In this document: positions 27,901-34,814 of the stretch, piece after piece
Layout: each line of letters begins with the position of its first letter
Numbering within the stretch: position 1 is the first letter of the stretch
Assembly: GCA_001782045.1 (NCBI GenBank)
Contig: MFNK01000003.1
Span: 167,905 to 202,718 of the forward strand
Length of the DNA: 34,814 nucleotides
Source: Candidatus Levybacteria bacterium RIFCSPHIGHO2_01_FULL_36_15b
Lineage (GTDB): Bacteria; Patescibacteriota; Microgenomatia; Levybacterales; UBA12049
Reading direction: 5' to 3'
Notes under the pieces: generated by a model
Databases searched by the model: none
What the model was told of the DNA's origin: nothing
The model's input: only the letters and a program-made list of their open reading frames with translations
Translations under genes and position numbers: made by a program

Positions 27901-28184
27901 TTAATGAAGAAAGCGAAAGGACAAATGTTGTAGTTGGTGGAATAATAGAAACAATAAAAAGAATTTTTACAAAAAAAAATGGAAAAGAAATGGCATTTAT
28001 TACATTGGGAAATGAAAATGGTGTATTGGTAGAGTGTGTAATTTTTCCTAAAATTTTTGATTTGTATAAATCAGTAATTACCAAAGAGAATGTAGTTTTA
28101 ATTCAAGGCAAAATTGATTCTAAAAATGATAAACCAGTAATAATTGCTGAAAAAATAAATGTTTTTAACTCTTTTCCCGCTTGA
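24951..28184 (+). CDS. dnaE: DNA polymerase III alpha subunit
   Basis: FVHLHNHSEYSLLDG, AITDHG, GPGRGS, PDIDLDF, HAAGVVI, KMDFLGL, YGFGKAHA, C-terminal OB fold. Confidence 0.97.
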   Translation: MADFVHLHNHSEYSLLDGLSKIEEMVRRVKELGMKAIAITDHGNMYGTITFYKTCMAEGIKPIIGAEIYVAKRSRTDKEAGIDSDSNHLILLAKDLTGYKNLMKIISIASLEGYYYRPRTDMDLLKQYSEGLICLSACLNGFVSEPLMKNEVKIARERAIKLSEIFGKDNFYLELQKHPNIKDQDVLNAKLIELSQSLGIPLVATNDNHYVNADDAPAQEALLCIQTQTTLDTKGRKLSMIDSPDFYIKSSEEMTGLFIQTPEALENTVKIAEMCSLEIPMDKWILPNFEVPGGKAPSEFIVEKVNEGLLKRYKKVTKEMKERADYELSVILKKGYETYILIVADFVNWAKGQGITVGPGRGSNAGSIVSYALEISDIDPLFFKLPFERFLNPMRPSPPDIDLDFADNRRDEVIEYVRQKYGRDKVAQIITFGTMEARGSVRDIGRVMGYPYSIPDRISKMIPPGWQGHAMTIDKALEQSPELSIAYNMEEDTKKILTLARKVEGVARHASVHAAGVVIADKDITEYSPLQRETNGEKIITQYDMYSIGADYNGVGLLKMDFLGLRNLTIIQEALLFISVNKKINVDFSKISFEDKKTYDLLSSGETTGIFQLESAGMRRYVKELKPTTIFDLQAMVALYRPGPMANIPEFIKRKNNPKLITYPDPRLKDILKESYGIITFQDDLLLTAISVAGYSWLEADKLRKAVGKKIPAEMKKEHDNFVSGCIKNGMEKNKAESLWKLFEPFAGYGFGKAHAACYATIAFRTAYLKANYPVEFMTALLTAESRGTTGPVKNEKIAQAIAECKRLGVEVKPPDINFSESDFSIENENKIRFGLSAIKNVGDAAIKEILEQRNKAHFTSFEDFCKRIDLSTVNKKTIESLIKAGSMDKFGNRAKLLMIYPELVEKANKKKRDTHGGQTSLFGDETENERQSSSPSSDEIADFSSNEKLAFEKEFLGFYLTAHPQMENLIKIKSEITHEINLLNEESERTNVVVGGIIETIKRIFTKKNGKEMAFITLGNENGVLVECVIFPKIFDLYKSVITKENVVLIQGKIDSKNDKPVIIAEKINVFNSFPA

Positions 28185-28209
28185 CTTTGAGGCTAATTAT
28201 CCATAGAAT
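28181..28209 (+). promoter_or_regulatory. Sigma70 promoter for the atp operon, leaderless-type
   Basis: TTGACT(28181-86)-17 nt-TAGAAT(28204-09)-6 nt-ATG(28216). Confidence 0.7.
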
Positions 28210-28215
28210 TAATTT

Positions 28216-28953
28216 ATGGTTTCATTCGCTGCAGAACCTATATTTTTTTTGGGCAATTTCGCCGTTACTAATGCATTCTTAGATACTCTACTTGTAGACT
28301 TTATATTAATTTTAGTTGTTATTTTTATCAATAAAAAGATGTCTTTACTTCCAGGTTTTTTTCAAAATTTAATTGAAGTAATGATTGATGGATTTTATAA
28401 CCTGACTAAATCAGTCGCAGAAAAAAGAGCGGATATGATTTTCCCATTTTTTGTCACATTTTTCTTGTTTATTCTTCTTGCAAATTGGACAGGACTAATT
28501 CCTGGCTTGACTGCAATCGGTATTCGAGAGGAAGACCACTTAATTCCTTTTTTTAGACCGGCGACAAGTGATTTTAATGTTACTTTTGGACTTGCGCTAG
28601 TATCGGCAGTAGCAACACATGGTTTAAGCATTAAAACGTTAGGCATTAAAGAATACTTAGGTCGGTACTTTTCTTTAAACCCTATTTTTCTCTTTGTTGG
28701 TTTTTTAGAGATCATTTCCGAAATTACTAAAGTAATTTCTTTGTCTTTTAGACTTTTTGGAAACATTTTTGCAGGAGAAGTCGTTCTTGGTACGATATCC
28801 ACGCTTTTTGCATTTTTGTTTCCTTTACCTTTTTTGATGCTAGAAACAATAGTTGGACTGGTACAAGCTTTAGTATTTGCAATGCTTACTATGGCTTTTA
28901 TGACAATTCTTACAACACCCCATAGCGAAGGGTCTAAGGAGGTGAGTCACTAG
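28216..28953 (+). CDS. atpB: F0F1 ATP synthase subunit a
   Basis: SLSFRLFGNIFAGE (essential Arg), VGLVQALVF. Confidence 0.96.
   Translation: MVSFAAEPIFFLGNFAVTNAFLDTLLVDFILILVVIFINKKMSLLPGFFQNLIEVMIDGFYNLTKSVAEKRADMIFPFFVTFFLFILLANWTGLIPGLTAIGIREEDHLIPFFRPATSDFNVTFGLALVSAVATHGLSIKTLGIKEYLGRYFSLNPIFLFVGFLEIISEITKVISLSFRLFGNIFAGEVVLGTISTLFAFLFPLPFLMLETIVGLVQALVFAMLTMAFMTILTTPHSEGSKEVSH
28935..28946 (+). promoter_or_regulatory. Strong Shine-Dalgarno for atpE (TAAGGAGGTGAG)
   Basis: Identical 12-mer to the one before lemA, embedded in the atpB 3' end; ATG at 28955. Confidence 0.8.
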
Positions 28954-28954
28954 T

Positions 28955-29161
28955 ATGACATTTAGCGTATCTGGAGGATTAATAATTGCAATTGGAGGAC
29001 AAATGGCAGCGCTTGCCATTGGATTAATAGGAATGAAGGCTATGGAAGCCATAGGTAGAAATCCAGAAGCTTTCGGGCGAATTCTTCCCGCAATGCTTTT
29101 AGGAATGGCTTTTGCTGAAGCAATAGCAATTTATTCTTTAATATTTGCCTTTTTAAAGTAA
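28955..29161 (+). CDS. atpE: F0F1 ATP synthase subunit c
   Basis: IGRNPEA loop, AFAEAIAIY carrying the ion-binding Glu. Confidence 0.95.
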   Translation: MTFSVSGGLIIAIGGQMAALAIGLIGMKAMEAIGRNPEAFGRILPAMLLGMAFAEAIAIYSLIFAFLK

Positions 29162-29164
29162 AAT

Positions 29165-29665
29165 ATGGAAATTCTTAATAAGTTTGGGTTTGATCCAATA
29201 ATGTTGGCAGCCCAAATAGTAAATTTTTTAATAATCCTTTATCTACTTAAGCGGTTTTTATATAAACCTGTCTTTAAGATTCTTAAAGAAAGACAGGATA
29301 AAATTGAGGAAGGGATAAAGCAGACAGAAAAGGCACAAAAAACTTTAGAAGAGGCCATTGGAAAAGAAACAAGAATTTTGGCCAACGCAAAAAAAGAAGC
29401 ACAAATGCTAATTGAAAATGCAAAGAGTGATTCACTAGAGCTTGCAAGACAAATTGAAGAAAATGCAAAAACTGAAGTAGAGGGATTAATTAATGAAGCA
29501 AAAGCTAAAATTTCCTTAGAATCAGAAATAGCGGAAAAAAAACTTTCAGAACATGCATCAGCACTTGCAACCAGTTTACTTAAAAAAACATTACAGGACG
29601 AAATAGATAAACATGGACAAAGAAAAATAATGGAAAATGCGTTTAAAAAAATAAATAAAAAATGA
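29165..29665 (+). CDS. atpF: F0F1 ATP synthase subunit b
   Basis: AQIVNFLIILYLLKRFLYKP....L.ERQ..I followed by a coiled coil. Confidence 0.93.
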   Translation: MEILNKFGFDPIMLAAQIVNFLIILYLLKRFLYKPVFKILKERQDKIEEGIKQTEKAQKTLEEAIGKETRILANAKKEAQMLIENAKSDSLELARQIEENAKTEVEGLINEAKAKISLESEIAEKKLSEHASALATSLLKKTLQDEIDKHGQRKIMENAFKKINKK

Positions 29666-30006
29666 AGAAAATAAAAAATCTGGCACTCGCAAGCTACAAA
29701 AATGGTAATTTAGACAGCTTATTGGTATCTAAATTTATAAAACAGTTAAGCAGAAAGGATCTTAAAATATATATTAAAATTCTTAAGTCTATAGAAAGCA
29801 AAAAAAATGTTGTTTTAACTGTTGCAGATACTAATATCTCTGGTGAATTTTTAAAGAAAACAAAAAACCTTTTTCCAGGAAAAGAGATAATAGTAAAAGA
29901 AGATAAATCGCTAATAGCTGGATTAAAAATTGTTGATTTTGATATGGTTTACGAGTTTAATTTAAAAAATAAGATTGAGAAAATATCTGAATTTATAAAT
30001 AATTAA
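29662..30006 (+). CDS. atpH: F0F1 ATP synthase subunit delta, short form
   Basis: Position between atpF and atpA; C-terminal D.SLIAGLKI...D..Y..NLK.KI motif. Only 114 aa. Confidence 0.75.
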   Translation: MKKIKNLALASYKNGNLDSLLVSKFIKQLSRKDLKIYIKILKSIESKKNVVLTVADTNISGEFLKKTKNLFPGKEIIVKEDKSLIAGLKIVDFDMVYEFNLKNKIEKISEFINN

Positions 30007-30007
30007 T

Positions 30008-31510
30008 ATGAAAAGCGCGGAACATATACTAAAAGACCTAGAAAACAAGTTAAATAATTTTGATAATAAGCCAAGTATTTCAAACATTGGAATTGTTGAG
30101 AAAAATACAGATGGAGTTATAACTGTCTCTGGCTTAACGCAAGCGCAAATGGGTGAAATAGTTGAATTTGAAGAAAAGGAAAAAGGGGTAATTTTAAACC
30201 TAGATGAAGACAGCGTATCTATTATACTGCTAGGAAAATCAGATAGAATAAAAGAGGGGGACAGCGTAAAAAGCACTGGAAAACTATTAAATATCAACGT
30301 TTCTGAAAAAATACTGGGAAGAATTGTAGACCCTCTTGGTAACCCTCTGGATGACAAGCCAAAAATTATAAATGGTAAGGATATGCCGCTTGAGAAAGTT
30401 GCGGCAGGAGTTGTGGAAAGAGAACCTGTAAATACCCCCTTAAAGACGGGTATTAAAGCAATTGACGCTATGATTCCGATAGGAAGGGGACAAAGGGAAT
30501 TAATTATTGGAGATAGAGGCACAGGAAAAACAGCAGTGGCAATTGACACAATTATTAATCAAAAAGGAAATGTGCTGTGTATATACGTTGCTATTGGCCA
30601 GAAACGAAGTACAACTGCTCAAGTAATTGAAAAACTAAGAGAAACTAAAGCGCTTGACTATACAACAGTAGTCAATGCTTCAGCATCAGATCCGGCTTCC
30701 CTACTCTATCTAGCTCCATACGCGGGAGTTGCAATAGCAGAATATTTCATGCAAAAAGGAAAAGATGTACTTGTTATATACGATGATCTGACAAAACACG
30801 CGTGGGCATATAGACAAATATCGCTTGTTTTAAGGCGTCCTGCAGGTCGAGAAGCATACCCTGGAGATATATTTTACCTGCACTCAAGACTTTTAGAAAG
30901 AGCTGTAAAAATGAATAAAGATAATGGAGGAGGCTCAATCACAGCCTTACCAATTATTGAAACACAAGCGAATGATTTATCTGCATATATTCCCACAAAC
31001 GTTATTTCAATTACAGACGGGCAGATATTTTTCTTGACTGATTTATTTTACAGTGGAGTAAGACCTGCAATTGATGCAGGAAACTCTGTTTCGCGGGTAG
31101 GAGGAGCAGCGCAGACTCCGGCAATTAAATCTATAGCTGGTAAAATGAGACTTGAGCTCGCTCAGTATAATAATCTTGCTGCTTTCGCTCAGTTCGGAAG
31201 CGAATTAGATGAAGCAACTGCAAAGCAACTTGAAAGAGGAAAAAGAACTATTGAAATACTTAAACAGCCACAGTACCAGCCTTTATCTGATGCATTTGAG
31301 TTCTTAAGTATTTGGCTTGTAACAAGTGGCAGTATTGACGATATTGAATTTTCGCAAATTTCTAATTTTGAAAACGAATATCATCAGTTTATGAAACGTA
31401 AGTATGAAAAGCTTCTTAACGCGCTTTCTAAAGGTGGAAAACCAGATGAAAAAACCTTATCTGATTTAGAAAAAACAGTATCTGAGTTTAAAAAAATATT
31501 TAAAGTATAA
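30008..31510 (+). CDS. atpA: F0F1 ATP synthase subunit alpha
   Basis: GRGQRELIIGDRGTGKT, PAGREAYPGD, NVISITDGQIF, SVSRVGG. Confidence 0.97.
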   Translation: MKSAEHILKDLENKLNNFDNKPSISNIGIVEKNTDGVITVSGLTQAQMGEIVEFEEKEKGVILNLDEDSVSIILLGKSDRIKEGDSVKSTGKLLNINVSEKILGRIVDPLGNPLDDKPKIINGKDMPLEKVAAGVVEREPVNTPLKTGIKAIDAMIPIGRGQRELIIGDRGTGKTAVAIDTIINQKGNVLCIYVAIGQKRSTTAQVIEKLRETKALDYTTVVNASASDPASLLYLAPYAGVAIAEYFMQKGKDVLVIYDDLTKHAWAYRQISLVLRRPAGREAYPGDIFYLHSRLLERAVKMNKDNGGGSITALPIIETQANDLSAYIPTNVISITDGQIFFLTDLFYSGVRPAIDAGNSVSRVGGAAQTPAIKSIAGKMRLELAQYNNLAAFAQFGSELDEATAKQLERGKRTIEILKQPQYQPLSDAFEFLSIWLVTSGSIDDIEFSQISNFENEYHQFMKRKYEKLLNALSKGGKPDEKTLSDLEKTVSEFKKIFKV

Positions 31511-31511
31511 T

Positions 31512-34148
<2,637 letters not shown>

Positions 34149-34151
34149 AGT

Positions 34152-34180
34152 TTGATAAAAACCTCTGAATCTTTTAAAAT
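34152..34180 (+). promoter_or_regulatory. Sigma70 promoter for tRNA-Thr
   Basis: TTGATA-17 nt-TAAAAT, 8 nt upstream of the tRNA 5' end. Confidence 0.6.
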
Positions 34181-34188
34181 AATCTCAC

Positions 34189-34260
34189 GCCGAAGTAACT
34201 CAGTGGTAGAGTAGCTCTTTCGTAAAGAGCAAGTCGTGAGTTCAAATCTCACCTTCGGCT
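34189..34260 (+). tRNA. tRNA-Thr(CGT), CCA not encoded
   Basis: Acceptor GCCGAAG/CTTCGGC, D arm ACTC-AGTGGTA-GAGT, anticodon arm GCTCT-TTCGTAA-AGAGC, T arm GTGAG-TTCAAAT-CTCAC. Confidence 0.94.
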
Positions 34261-34264
34261 CTGT

Positions 34265-34814
34265 ATGAGAAGAAAAACAAGGTTAAGTAGATATAGTGAA
34301 AAGAAACAAAAGAAAACTTTTTTCTTGAGTATTTTAGGAATTATCGTTTTGCTCTTCTTATTATTTAGATATGGACTGCCAACATTAATCAACTTTAGTC
34401 TTTTTTTAGCAGGAAATAGAGAACCAGCTAACCTAGTGGACAAAAAAGATCCTTTATATATTGCCCCTCCTGTTTTTGACTCTATGCCTGTTGCAACCAA
34501 TAGCTCCCGAATAGAAATCAAGGGAATTGGAGAAAAAAATTCTAAAATAGAATTATATATTAATGGTAAAAAAAATAGTGAAATATTAACTAATGAGGAT
34601 GGAAAATTTTCATTGGATGTAATATTAAAAAGCGGAGAAAATATTTTTACAGTAAGGCAACTTATAAAAGACAACAAAAGTGAATTTTCTTCTGCGTCCA
34701 CTATATATTTCAAAGACACTCCCCCAATGCTAGGCATTACTTTTCCATCTGATGGAGCAAACTTTAAAAAAGAGGATAGATTTATTGAAGTTAAAGGAAA
34801 TACAGATGTAAATG
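34265..34814 (+). CDS. Membrane-anchored protein with bacterial Ig-like domains, 3'-partial
   Basis: Not in the ORF track because it runs off the window. My translation: MRRKTRLSRYSEKKQKKTFFLSILGIIVLLFLLFRYG...IEIKGIGEKNSKIELYING...DGKFSLDVILKSGENIFTV...DTPPMLGITFPSDG...VKGNTD. Confidence 0.8.
   Translation, partial: MRRKTRLSRYSEKKQKKTFFLSILGIIVLLFLLFRYGLPTLINFSLFLAGNREPANLVDKKDPLYIAPPVFDSMPVATNSSRIEIKGIGEKNSKIELYINGKKNSEILTNEDGKFSLDVILKSGENIFTVRQLIKDNKSEFSSASTIYFKDTPPMLGITFPSDGANFKKEDRFIEVKGNTDVN

Noticed and set aside
24951-28184. Intein or split in dnaE
   Set aside because: Length (1077 aa) and motif order are continuous, with no intein signatures.
34249-34737. 162-aa minus-strand ORF
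   Set aside because: Antisense shadow of the plus-strand TM plus Ig-like gene starting at 34265.

Overview
AT-rich, very gene-dense bacterial chromosome segment. The gene content and style suggest Patescibacteria/CPR, probably Microgenomates; this is an inference from the short HolA and AtpH, the GH-A protein with an NNKFGIH N-terminus, the archaeal-like cupin PGI and MurT/GatD. It uses the standard code, with TGA as stop. Contents in order: partial GH-A hydrolase; YkuK-like RNase H-fold protein, HExxH metallopeptidase and short holA; a gluconeogenic cluster (PMM/PGM, cupin, cupin-type PGI, ppsA, eno); interlocked rsmI/dedA/lexA; uvrB; an orphan ORF; frameshifted yraN; rplS; pyrG; a second orphan ORF; a tRNA-Asp/LysM/tRNA-Gly unit; polX-lemA-htpX-murT-gatD; gatCAB; dnaE; a complete atpBEFHAGDC operon; tRNA-Thr; and a partial membrane-anchored Ig-like protein. 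No mobile element, CRISPR array or long repeat was seen, and I found no convincing new defence or mobile system. The most notable signals are regulatory and architectural: (i) pervasive leaderless-type promoters (-35/17/-10 then 5-7 nt to the start codon), contrasted with an identical perfect SD on lemA and atpE; (ii) two orphan ORFs with the best consensus promoters in the window; (iii) divergent rsmI/dedA sharing one CATG and convergent dedA/lexA sharing one CTAG; (iv) frameshifts in lysM and yraN that may be assembly errors; (v) a diverged GatB segment.
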